IMG/VR virus record: IMGVR_UViG_3300042261_001152 | Coordinates: 4,618 to 68,617 of that record | Reading direction: 5' to 3' (one strand) | Length of the DNA stretch: 64,000 nucleotides | DNA from: a virus | The notes under the pieces: generated by a model | What the model was told of the DNA's origin: nothing | Database searches by the model: none | What the model saw: the letters and a program-made list of their open reading frames with translations, nothing else | Position numbers and translations under genes: made by a program | Part shown: piece after piece, positions 18,960 to 27,005 of the stretch | Numbering within the stretch: position 1 is the first letter of the stretch | Layout of the letters: each line of letters opens with the position of its first letter

Positions 18960-19745
18960 ATGATAAAATCATTTAAACTTTTTGTTATGGTTTTATTATT
19001 AAGCATCAGTGCATATGCTGCAGATAACAGCATCTACGTTGATCAAAGCGGTGATGACAGTACCATTGACATAACACAAACTGGTGCCGGCAACGTTGTA
19101 CGAGGCATACAGGGCGTGGGCACTGGTAATACAACACCTGCCAAGATCTATGGTAACAGCAATGGCATTGATATCAGACAAATAGGTAGTACCAATACCT
19201 TAAATCTGGGCATCAATACAACTGTTTCAACTGGTAGAGCCTATGGTATAGATCTAACCTATTATGTTACAGGTAATAGTGGTACTGCTACCATCAATAG
19301 TAACAACGCTGGTACTGGAACCTCAGGCAGTAATTTCATAGATGTTCGTCAGACCGGCAACAGTGCTAACCTAAACCTAAACATACTGGGTAGTAAAAAT
19401 GACTTTACAGCTGTTACTTCAGGTGGTGCCAGCAATAGCATAACTGCTACCATCAATGCCGATGAAACTGTGACCAATCTCAGTCTCACTGGTGGTGCCA
19501 ACAATAGCTTTACTGGTACATTGAGCAGCAACAAAGGTCACGTTGATATTACCACAGTAGGTGCCAGCAACAGCATCAACCTAACACAAACCGGTACTGC
19601 TGGAACCAATGGTCATGCATTTACCTATAGTGCCACAGGTTCTAACAATTCCATGACAGCTACACAATCTGGAACTATTGATACAACTGTCAATGTAACC
19701 AGTACTGGTAGTGGCAATACATGGAACATAACTACTGGAAATTAA
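18960..19745 (+). CDS. Curlin-repeat (CsgA/CsgB-like) secreted protein
   Basis: Signal peptide; repeated N-x-I-x-I/V-x-Q-x-G units; N/G/T/S-rich. Confidence 0.7.
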   Translation: MIKSFKLFVMVLLLSISAYAADNSIYVDQSGDDSTIDITQTGAGNVVRGIQGVGTGNTTPAKIYGNSNGIDIRQIGSTNTLNLGINTTVSTGRAYGIDLTYYVTGNSGTATINSNNAGTGTSGSNFIDVRQTGNSANLNLNILGSKNDFTAVTSGGASNSITATINADETVTNLSLTGGANNSFTGTLSSNKGHVDITTVGASNSINLTQTGTAGTNGHAFTYSATGSNNSMTATQSGTIDTTVNVTSTGSGNTWNITTGN

Positions 19746-20836
19746 TCTTATTACTGCTATGGTCGCAAATAGCCTTTGCGGCCGTGGGCAGTATTACTGA
19801 ACTAAGCAACGCACCGCCCAGCATAACACGCAAAGGCAGCAATGTAGCCGGGGCCAAGGGAACAGGTGTAGAAATGTCTGACGTAGTTAAAACTACTGCA
19901 GGCAAGGCCGGCATAACCTTTGCAGATGATACCCGAGTTCAGGTCAATGAAAACAGTAAGTTAGTCATAGATGATTTTGTCTATGACCCCAACAGCAAAA
20001 AAGGTGGCAAACTTGCCATGAATGTTGCTCTGGGTACGGTTCGCTATGCCTCTGGAGCAGTCGCTCACAACAATCCCGATAGTGTAAAAATTAATACTCC
20101 CACGGCAACCATAGCAGTACGCGGAACAGACTTTACAGCTACAGTAGACGAACTGGGTCGCAGCACCATAATCTTATTGCCCAGCTGTCCCCATGATTAC
20201 AAAGATGTCATATTAGATTGCAAGACCGGTAAGATCGAAGTCATAACTGACGAGGGCAAGGTCATCATGGATAAACCTTTTCAGGCTACCAGAGTGGATA
20301 GCAGAGAAACCAAACCATTTAAACCTGTTATATTAAATCTCGATGCTGATCAGATCAGCAATATATTAATACTAAGTCCGCCCAAAGAACTCAGGGACAG
20401 TGACGAGGACAAACACAAAAAGAAGTTTGAAGCCAAGGGTGCATTAGATGTAGACTTTCTGGCCGAGAATAAACTCATTAATGTTCTGGAAAAAGAAAAT
20501 GCTGAAACCTATAAGAATAAACTGGATCGTAATTTCCTGGACAATGACTTTTTAGCCAACATACTGGACATCATAAATGCTCAATTACAGGCACAGTTAG
20601 ATCTGCTGGGTAAAACTAAAACTGGATTGTTGCCCGATTACATACCAACCTCGGGTGTCATAGTCGAAGTAGACGATCTACAGGTTACACTGTGTCGTGA
20701 AGGTGGGGGTGACATACAGTGCATAACAACTCCAAAAAATCAAAACTCAACCATAACACAGATACAGGGACCTGTAGAAATTAAAAATAGGATCAACAAT
20801 GGTGGCAACACGATTATTAACGCTACTCAGAATTAG
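19721..20836 (+). CDS. FecR-domain periplasmic protein
   Basis: Signal peptide; ITFADDTRV.V.ENSKL.IDDFVYDP, INTPTATIAVRGTDF. Confidence 0.85.
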   Translation: MEHNYWKLILLLLWSQIAFAAVGSITELSNAPPSITRKGSNVAGAKGTGVEMSDVVKTTAGKAGITFADDTRVQVNENSKLVIDDFVYDPNSKKGGKLAMNVALGTVRYASGAVAHNNPDSVKINTPTATIAVRGTDFTATVDELGRSTIILLPSCPHDYKDVILDCKTGKIEVITDEGKVIMDKPFQATRVDSRETKPFKPVILNLDADQISNILILSPPKELRDSDEDKHKKKFEAKGALDVDFLAENKLINVLEKENAETYKNKLDRNFLDNDFLANILDIINAQLQAQLDLLGKTKTGLLPDYIPTSGVIVEVDDLQVTLCREGGGDIQCITTPKNQNSTITQIQGPVEIKNRINNGGNTIINATQN

Positions 20837-22319
20837 TTTATTGTTGCTTTGTTTAAATGCTAGGGCTGATACTCTAGGCACGGGTTTTGAAAGCAACAGC
20901 ATAGACGGTTGGACTGTATCTGGAACCCTGGCTGCTACTAAGAATACCTGGAGTCCCAATGGTGCTGGTGTGGCATTAACAACTGGTGTTACCAATTATA
21001 GCCCCGGTGGTGGTAAAACCTGGACCATAGCTCCCTATGGCAGCTACATGGCATCTATTCAACCAGGATCAAACTCTGTAACTTTTGATAGTGCCATAGG
21101 TAGTCTAGGACTGACAACCACTGAGGGAACAGCCATAAAAAACTTTTTAACCTATCAGGCCAACAATGGCGGTGGTGGTAATCCTAATCCTACTAATGCT
21201 GCCTGGATGAAAAAATCATTTGCTCTTACGGCTGGAACTACCTATACCATGGCCTGGCAATATCTCAGCACTGACTATACACCCTGGAATGATGGTAGCA
21301 TGGTGTCTCTGGTCAATGACAGCAATGCCAACATTACACCAACACTCAATGGATCCAATCAACGCTATGGCCTATTGGGCTTTACCAATCCGGGAACTGG
21401 TAACTATGCCACAGGTAGTTATGGCGCCACAGGCTGGCAAAGCATACAGTTTACTGTGCCGCAGTCTGGTAATTATACTTTAGGATTTACAAGCTTTAAT
21501 TTAGGTGACCAATCTTTAAGCCCTATTTTATTTGTAGATGTGATTATTGGTTCAACAAGTCTTAACGGTGCAACATTTACACCCATACAGCCCAATGCAG
21601 GTTCAACTGCACCACCGCCACCGGCTCCGGGTCCTACCTATAGCTCTGGCATAACTGGTGCTCAGACTACATCTAAAAATGCCAAGACTGCTGTACGTCA
21701 GGCTCAACATGGCAATGAAATCTATGTCGAACAGGCCGGCAGTAACAATACATTTACTCTGCGTCAGGGTGGTTATAGCACGGGCAAGGCTCGCATAGAA
21801 TTATATTCAACTGGTGATAGTAATACCTTAAATTTAAATCAGGCTAAAAACACCGATGGGTCTTCACCTGGAGCTGATAGCAACAATCACTATTTGTATC
21901 TGTATCTAAATGGTAATAGCAACAACATTACCACCAAGCAGGTAGATGGAACTACTGCAGGCGTTGGTCATTTCATGGAAAGCACCATATCTGGTAATAG
22001 CAACAATGTCACTAACATACAGCAAGGGTCAGGTGCCAAGATACTATTTCAGAGCATTTCTGGCAATAACAATACAGTATCAACCACACAGAGTGATACA
22101 GGACAGGATTATTTGGATTTAAAATTGACCGGATCTGGTCATAATGTAACTACTGTGCAGTCGGGAGCTGGCAATCATGCTGCCACCATAGACCTAACCA
22201 ACTCAGGTGGAAGCAGCACCCTAAACATGACGCAGAGCGGCAGTACCGCTCAGACGTATTCCATACAGCAGAGCTGCACAACGGCAGCTGGCTGCTCTAC
22301 TACCATAACCCAACCCTAG
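20799..22319 (+). CDS. Secreted protein: jelly-roll-like N-domain, Pro linker, curlin repeats
   Basis: GFE...GW start of domain, PPPPAPGP linker, NEIYVEQAG/NNVTNIQQG/HNVTTVQSG repeats, C-terminal CTTAAGC. Confidence 0.7.
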   Translation: MVATRLLTLLRISLLLLCLNARADTLGTGFESNSIDGWTVSGTLAATKNTWSPNGAGVALTTGVTNYSPGGGKTWTIAPYGSYMASIQPGSNSVTFDSAIGSLGLTTTEGTAIKNFLTYQANNGGGGNPNPTNAAWMKKSFALTAGTTYTMAWQYLSTDYTPWNDGSMVSLVNDSNANITPTLNGSNQRYGLLGFTNPGTGNYATGSYGATGWQSIQFTVPQSGNYTLGFTSFNLGDQSLSPILFVDVIIGSTSLNGATFTPIQPNAGSTAPPPPAPGPTYSSGITGAQTTSKNAKTAVRQAQHGNEIYVEQAGSNNTFTLRQGGYSTGKARIELYSTGDSNTLNLNQAKNTDGSSPGADSNNHYLYLYLNGNSNNITTKQVDGTTAGVGHFMESTISGNSNNVTNIQQGSGAKILFQSISGNNNTVSTTQSDTGQDYLDLKLTGSGHNVTTVQSGAGNHAATIDLTNSGGSSTLNMTQSGSTAQTYSIQQSCTTAAGCSTTITQP

Positions 22320-22388
22320 TTACTTGTATTCCTGATCGCCTCGATCAGATGGTTGTGGTGTTAAAGGCTGTTTGTTTTCGTTAGGCAT
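22320..22388 (-). CDS. Possible 22-aa micro-ORF
   Basis: AAGGAG RBS then MPNENKQPLTPQPSDRGDQEYK directly after the cyclase. Confidence 0.3.
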   Translation of the reverse strand: MPNENKQPLTPQPSDRGDQEYK

Positions 22389-22397
22389 AATGGCTCC

Positions 22398-24422
22398 TTA
22401 TTTGCTTGTTGCACGATATACACCATCCCAGTTAGCTGGTAGGCCTTCATCAAAACGTTCCATCATGTTCTTGTAGTAATCCTTAATGGTTACTTCATCA
22501 TTATTTATCATTTTCTCAGCCCAAGTACGAGCCTTGGTCCAGTTACCACGATAATATTCTTTTAGATATTCATTATGCATATAGGCTATGGTATGACCAA
22601 CAGTAAATATCTTGACGCCTTCGGTTTTACCTTTGACTGCTATGGTATCTAATTCTACAACTGAGATTTCATCCTTGACCAGCTCTGCGGTTCTGGCGCC
22701 CAGTACTACTTTGACACCATAGGGTTTGCTCTGACCTTCGAGTCTTGATGCCAAGTTAACCCCATCGCCGAGGCAAGTATAGTCGAAACGCTGTGTAGAG
22801 CCCATATTACCCACAACAACGTCAGCAGTGTTGATGCCCAGCCCCATGCCGAACGCCGGGATACCTTCCTGAGCAATTTCCGCATTAAAGCCTTCCAGAT
22901 CATTTAACATCTCCAGGGCGCATTGAACTGCGTGTAGTGCATGTGCTTTATCATCCAAGGGTGCATTCCAGAATGCCATCTGAGCATCACCTATGTACTT
23001 GTCCAATGTGCCCTCGTATTCTAGTATGCGTTTGGTCATGGCCGTCATGTAGCGGTTCATGATTTTTGTCAGTCCCTGTACGTCTTTGCCATAGTGTTCA
23101 GAGATTGTGGTGAATCCACGAACATCAGTAAACATGATACTCAACTCTCGGGTCTCGCCACCCAGCTTTAATAACTCTGGATTCTTTTGCAGCTCTTCTA
23201 CCATCTTGGGGCTTAGGTAGGTGCCAAACTGTTTCTTTATCTGAAGCTTGGCATTGAGCTCAGTAAGGAATTTAACTGTATAACTGTGGATATAAACGAG
23301 GGCAAGAGCAACAATAGGAAAACTAACATCGATAAGCCAAAGCTCTTTTGCATAACTAAACTGAGAATATGCATAGATACCATACAAAATACCAATGAAA
23401 GGAATAAAGCCATAGGTCCACCTTGTTAAGAAAATAGCAATAATGCCCAATAATAATACACCCAGTATCTCGGCACCATCGGCCCAGTCAGGGCGCTGAA
23501 TATTTATATTGTTGCTTAATGTGCCTATGACAGCGGCCTGCAGGTCCTGAGGATATACAGCACCCAGAGCCGTTGGTACTGGATTGCTTAGTCCAGCTGC
23601 GGTTAGTCCCACAATGACTATGCCTTTGTTAAAATCCTTGGGCAACTTTACTGCACTGACTGCAGTTGATCGTTGTGAGAGATCAACCCATACACGACCC
23701 AGACTATCGGTGTTGATGACATTGAATGACGGAACACGCATTTTCTCTACGCCATTGGCATTTAACTTGACCTGAAAGGTGCTGTCGCCAGCTAATAGTC
23801 TAAGTACTTCTAGGCTCACACTGGGATAAAGATTGCCATTTGAACCAACAAATAGCGGAAGACGACGATTGACACCATCAATCTCTGGCAGTGTATTGGC
23901 TATGCCTACACCAGCAGCGGCATTTTCTAATTCGGGAATGTTGGCAATCAGACCAGGATAGTTAATGATGCGATCTAGATTTTCTGAACCAATGACAGCT
24001 GAACCTGGACGACGTGCCTGATTCTTGTTGGTCTGGGCTGGCATGTTGGTCAGCACCACGGGCTTGTCTTTTAGAGTTGAAGCCAGAGCAGCATCGCCAC
24101 CCAGCCTATCCTTTTCGGGCATCATGACGTTCCAGACTACCAGCCCGGCATTGTGAGCATATAACTCACCTATGAGGTTGGCATACTGATCGCGTTTAAA
24201 TGGCCATTGACCATAGCGATCTAAAGTAGCCTCATCAATGTTTACCGTATAGATGTTGTTCTGAGTAGCAGCCTTATTGGTAATTAATGTGTCAAAGTAT
24301 CTGAGCCTAACAGACTCCACGAATGCAGGATCAGTGACTCTGATGCCTATGATCAGACTCAGGGTTAGTAAAGCCAACCAAGGGCTTAGTAGTATTTTAA
24401 TGAGTGTCTTTTTCAATTGCAT
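22398..24422 (-). CDS. CHASE2-domain class III adenylate cyclase
   Basis: N-terminal TM, CHASE2 (IDEATL..YGQWPF.R), 3 TMs, FTDVRGFT, DKYIGDA, DYTCLGDGVNLASRLE. Confidence 0.92.
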   Translation of the reverse strand: MQLKKTLIKILLSPWLALLTLSLIIGIRVTDPAFVESVRLRYFDTLITNKAATQNNIYTVNIDEATLDRYGQWPFKRDQYANLIGELYAHNAGLVVWNVMMPEKDRLGGDAALASTLKDKPVVLTNMPAQTNKNQARRPGSAVIGSENLDRIINYPGLIANIPELENAAAGVGIANTLPEIDGVNRRLPLFVGSNGNLYPSVSLEVLRLLAGDSTFQVKLNANGVEKMRVPSFNVINTDSLGRVWVDLSQRSTAVSAVKLPKDFNKGIVIVGLTAAGLSNPVPTALGAVYPQDLQAAVIGTLSNNINIQRPDWADGAEILGVLLLGIIAIFLTRWTYGFIPFIGILYGIYAYSQFSYAKELWLIDVSFPIVALALVYIHSYTVKFLTELNAKLQIKKQFGTYLSPKMVEELQKNPELLKLGGETRELSIMFTDVRGFTTISEHYGKDVQGLTKIMNRYMTAMTKRILEYEGTLDKYIGDAQMAFWNAPLDDKAHALHAVQCALEMLNDLEGFNAEIAQEGIPAFGMGLGINTADVVVGNMGSTQRFDYTCLGDGVNLASRLEGQSKPYGVKVVLGARTAELVKDEISVVELDTIAVKGKTEGVKIFTVGHTIAYMHNEYLKEYYRGNWTKARTWAEKMINNDEVTIKDYYKNMMERFDEGLPANWDGVYRATSK

Positions 24423-24567
24423 GTCCGCGTGTGGCTCCGTTTTGTTGATCGGGTTGAGGTATGATCATGGGTGCAGGACTAGGTGGTGGCAGTGGTGCGC
24501 AAGCGGTTAGAACCACCAGCGATAGATACCCCACAAGTCGATAAAACTGAATATGATGTTGTGCCAT
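24397..24567 (-). CDS. Small proline-rich lipoprotein (56 aa, not in ORF track)
   Basis: MAQHHIQFYRLVGYLSLVVLTAC-APLPPPSPAPM...; lipobox LTAC; weak RBS. Confidence 0.5.
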   Translation of the reverse strand: MAQHHIQFYRLVGYLSLVVLTACAPLPPPSPAPMIIPQPDQQNGATRGHAIEKDTH

Positions 24568-24728
24568 AGTAGTGCTGGATCCCTTCTAAATATATATAAG
24601 CCCATTAAATGGCCTGCAAAGAAAGTAATAAAGCCTATTTTACTATAGGCAAAATTGGAACTTAGTAATAGAGCACTACCTAAAAAGGTAATGCTCATGA
24701 TCCATTTATACTGCTGATCTCTAGTCAA
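24507..24728 (-). CDS. Small multi-TM membrane protein
   Basis: Three hydrophobic segments; N.IF..IDLWGIYRW C-terminus. Confidence 0.6.
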   Translation of the reverse strand: MTRDQQYKWIMSITFLGSALLLSSNFAYSKIGFITFFAGHLMGLYIFRRDPALLWHNIIFSFIDLWGIYRWWF

Positions 24729-25083
24729 TGAGACTGCTCCATTTACGTAATTTTTCTCGTTTGGCCATCTGGGCCTGTGTAATGTGTACGTTGTCTATGA
24801 TATTCATCTGTTGCAGTAGTTCTATCATGCAGCGTAGATCACCAATTTCTTTTTCTAACTGCTCACGATTAGTAGTCCCATCACCTGCGGTAACATAGGG
24901 TAGGTCTATGCCAAAGCGTATGATCTTACTGATCTGCTGTATAACCTCAGCACATTCTTCAGCAGTTATGATCAGAGCTTCTAGTGTTTTGGTGCCCAAG
25001 AGAGGACTCGAACCTCCATGACTTGCGTCGCCAGTACCTGAAACTGGTGCGTCTACCAATTTCGCCACCTGGGCCTGTTTCAT
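24721..25083 (-). CDS. MazG-like NTP pyrophosphohydrolase (N-terminus reads through tRNA-Leu)
   Basis: EECAEVIQ...NREQLEKEIGDL; TAATG coupling at 25081-25085. Confidence 0.7.
   Translation of the reverse strand: MKQAQVAKLVDAPVSGTGDASHGGSSPLLGTKTLEALIITAEECAEVIQQISKIIRFGIDLPYVTAGDGTTNREQLEKEIGDLRCMIELLQQMNIIDNVHITQAQMAKREKLRKWSSLID
24990..25074 (-). tRNA. tRNA-Leu(CAG)
   Basis: GCCCAGG acceptor, CCAGT-TTCAGGT-ACTGG anticodon arm, long variable arm, GGTTCGAGTCC, encoded CCA. Confidence 0.93.
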
Positions 25084-25265
25084 TACGCCTTGCCTGCAGC
25101 TGTTTTGGCTTCTTGAATTTCTTTGCGACGAGCGCGAACCAATTTACCAATCTCACCTAGTGCTTTACGAGCACGAGCTGCAGACGCCTTAACGCCTTTG
25201 GTTTCAAACTTTTCATTCTCAGCTGTATAGATAGCTACCTGTTCTAAAATCTGTTCATGTGTCAT
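25083..25265 (-). CDS. Histone H1-like (Hc1-family) small basic protein
   Basis: KF..KGVKASAARARKAL.EI.KL....RKEI. Confidence 0.65.
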   Translation of the reverse strand: MTHEQILEQVAIYTAENEKFETKGVKASAARARKALGEIGKLVRARRKEIQEAKTAAGKA

Positions 25266-25274
25266 GTCTTTCTC

Positions 25275-25502
25275 CTAAAGATTATTTTCTTGATTAAATT
25301 GTGCAAGTTTGTCTAATGCCTGATTTTGTTTGCGTCGTAATTCACGCTCAATCTTACATTTGTCTTTCTTTACCTGCGTCTTTTCTAACAGAGCAGATAA
25401 TTGCTTTGTATTCAAACCTCTGAGGCGAGGTTTACCACTTTTGTACAACTGTGGATTGTTGTGTCTTTTACTTGGATGAACTCGGTTACTTGGCGTTGCC
25501 AT
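25275..25502 (-). CDS. Hypothetical basic protein
   Basis: ORF within the operon. Confidence 0.55.
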   Translation of the reverse strand: MATPSNRVHPSKRHNNPQLYKSGKPRLRGLNTKQLSALLEKTQVKKDKCKIERELRRKQNQALDKLAQFNQENNL

Positions 25503-25755
25503 GGTCTAGTCCTTCTGGTGTTAGTTTACCTTCGATGATTTCATTTAGAGCTGCATTAATAGGCTTATAACCTGTTTTGATTAATCGACCCTGCTGCTTT
25601 TCCTGAAAGTTTTTCTTATGATGGATTTCACGAGCTCGAGCCGCTGCCACCAGAATCATTTTATACTGTTCCTGGCCAAACATACGAACTGCTCGTTGCA
25701 CATCAATGCGGGGATTTTCTTTTGGTTCCCCTAACATTACGTGATTGTAGCTCAT
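25486..25755 (-). CDS. rpoZ: RNA polymerase omega subunit homolog
   Basis: RIDVQRAV...Y.MILVAAARAREI...KPINAALNEIIEGKL matches the omega pattern. Confidence 0.75.
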   Translation of the reverse strand: MSYNHVMLGEPKENPRIDVQRAVRMFGQEQYKMILVAAARAREIHHKKNFQEKQQGRLIKTGYKPINAALNEIIEGKLTPEGLDHGNAK

Positions 25756-26318
25756 TAAATCTTACCTACTAGATCTAAAGTAGGAGCCAGAGTAGCTGCA
25801 CCTTCTTTCCATTTAGCCGGACAAACCTGACCTGGATTATTGGCTACATAGATGGCTGCTTGAATTTTACGAACTAATTCAGCTGCATCACGACCAATAC
25901 CTTCGGCAGTAGTCTCAACAATCTGTGCTCGACCTTCGGGATTGAATACAATGGTTAAACGATGTGGTAGGCCAGTATCCTGGTCAACATTGTTTAAATA
26001 TGAACTTAGAATCCTGTTTGGATCGCCAATGAGTGCATATTCAACTTTACCCACAGTGTCTGAAGTATCATGCCAGGCTTTATGAACAAAATGTGTATCA
26101 TGACTTACGCCATAGACATTTACACCCATTTCCTGTAACTTGGCATAGTGATCCTGTAGGTCACCAAGCTCGGTAGGACAAACAAAGGTAAAATCTGCTG
26201 GATAAAAGAATAAAACTGACCATTTATTTAAAAGGTCGTCTGTGGTGATTTCTTTAAACTGACCTGCCTGATAGGCATTGAGTTTGAATTGAGGTATGGC
26301 TGCATTGATATAACTCAT
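25755..26318 (-). CDS. ahpC: Peroxiredoxin AhpC
   Basis: FFYPADFTFVCPTE, DTHFVHKAWH, VCPAKW. Confidence 0.95.
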   Translation of the reverse strand: MSYINAAIPQFKLNAYQAGQFKEITTDDLLNKWSVLFFYPADFTFVCPTELGDLQDHYAKLQEMGVNVYGVSHDTHFVHKAWHDTSDTVGKVEYALIGDPNRILSSYLNNVDQDTGLPHRLTIVFNPEGRAQIVETTAEGIGRDAAELVRKIQAAIYVANNPGQVCPAKWKEGAATLAPTLDLVGKI

Positions 26319-26343
26319 CATTTCTCCTTCATGTTAAAATACT

Positions 26344-26372
26344 ATTATATAATACTACTGTGTTGCTGTCAA
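26344..26372 (-). promoter_or_regulatory. Sigma70-type promoter for the ahpC-rpoZ-hc1-mazG run
   Basis: TTGACA-17-TATAAT. Confidence 0.7.
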
Positions 26373-26551
26373 TCCTTTAGCTTTTTATAAAGTTCATCAT
26401 TGTCTTTGATGCTATATTCAAGGGCTGATTCAATTTTTGGTTCTAGCTTTACACTCCAGTCAATCTGATCGAAGTTTTTATCAAAGCTATCTGTACCAGT
26501 TTTTGATTTAATCAAATCATTGGTAATGGGGTTACGAGCAGTTTTACTCAT
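26369..26551 (-). CDS. Hypothetical protein
   Basis: ARNPITNDLIKSK...F..NFD.IDW. Confidence 0.5.
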   Translation of the reverse strand: MSKTARNPITNDLIKSKTGTDSFDKNFDQIDWSVKLEPKIESALEYSIKDNDELYKKLKD

Positions 26552-26562
26552 GTTGTAACTTT

Positions 26563-26817
26563 CTAAAAGAGTTTAGGGGGTAGTTTGTTCTTTTGCTGTT
26601 CGCGTTGCCAGCGTTTGACTGCTGCTGCATGTTTTTGCTTGCGAACCGTAGTGGGTTTGGTATAAGTTTCTCGATCTCGCAGATCACGTAATAAACCTGA
26701 GTCTTCGATCTTTTTACGAAATTTACGAAACGCTGATTCGAAAGAAGCATCACCTACCTGGACCGTACTACCGTCTAGGTTATTTCTGCTGGGTTTTCTG
26801 ATATTTTTTTGTGCCAT
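26563..26817 (-). CDS. rpsU: Ribosomal protein bS21
   Basis: FESAFRKFRKKIEDSGLL.DLR.RE.Y.KPT..RK.K.AAAVKR. Confidence 0.9.
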   Translation of the reverse strand: MAQKNIRKPSRNNLDGSTVQVGDASFESAFRKFRKKIEDSGLLRDLRDRETYTKPTTVRKQKHAAAVKRWQREQQKNKLPPKLF

Positions 26818-26824
26818 AGAAGTA

Positions 26825-26832
26825 TATTTATA
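26825..26832 (-). promoter_or_regulatory. Late promoter TATAAATA upstream of rpsU
   Basis: TATTTATA on + strand, 7 nt before the ATG. Confidence 0.65.
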
Positions 26833-26845
26833 TAATTAAAAATTT

Positions 26846-26917
26846 TGGAACGACTCCCTGGTTACGATCCAGGCCCTCTGCTTTATCGATGCAGCGCTCA
26901 CCATGAGCCAGAGCCGC
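26846..26917 (-). ncRNA. Atypical tRNA-like RNA (anticodon position GAT)
   Basis: Full cloverleaf with CCA, but C33, A31-A39 mismatch, 5-nt D-loop and T-loop ATCGTAA. Confidence 0.65.
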
Positions 26918-26926
26918 TTTGTTCCT

Positions 26927-27002
26927 TGGCCTGCCCAGAGCGATTCGAACGCCCGACCCTGGAGGTAGAAGCTCCATGCTCTATCCACTGAGCTATGAGC
27001 AG
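26927..27002 (-). tRNA. tRNA-Arg(TCT)
   Basis: TGGAG-CTTCTAC-CTCCA anticodon arm; TTCGAAT T-loop; GCCA end. Confidence 0.9.
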
Positions 27003-27005
27003 GTA

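Noticed and set aside
15960-24422. csg/cyclase block as a chimeric bacterial insert or misassembly
   Set aside because: It begins with an exact T4 late promoter, composition looks like the flanks, and no integrase or IS ends are visible; read mapping would still be the decisive test
26927-27002. Possible amber-suppressor tRNA (CTA in the anticodon loop) and TAG recoding
   Set aside because: The stem register TGGAG/CTCCA puts TCT at 34-36 (Arg); core genes are intact in the standard code and uvsY ends in TAG
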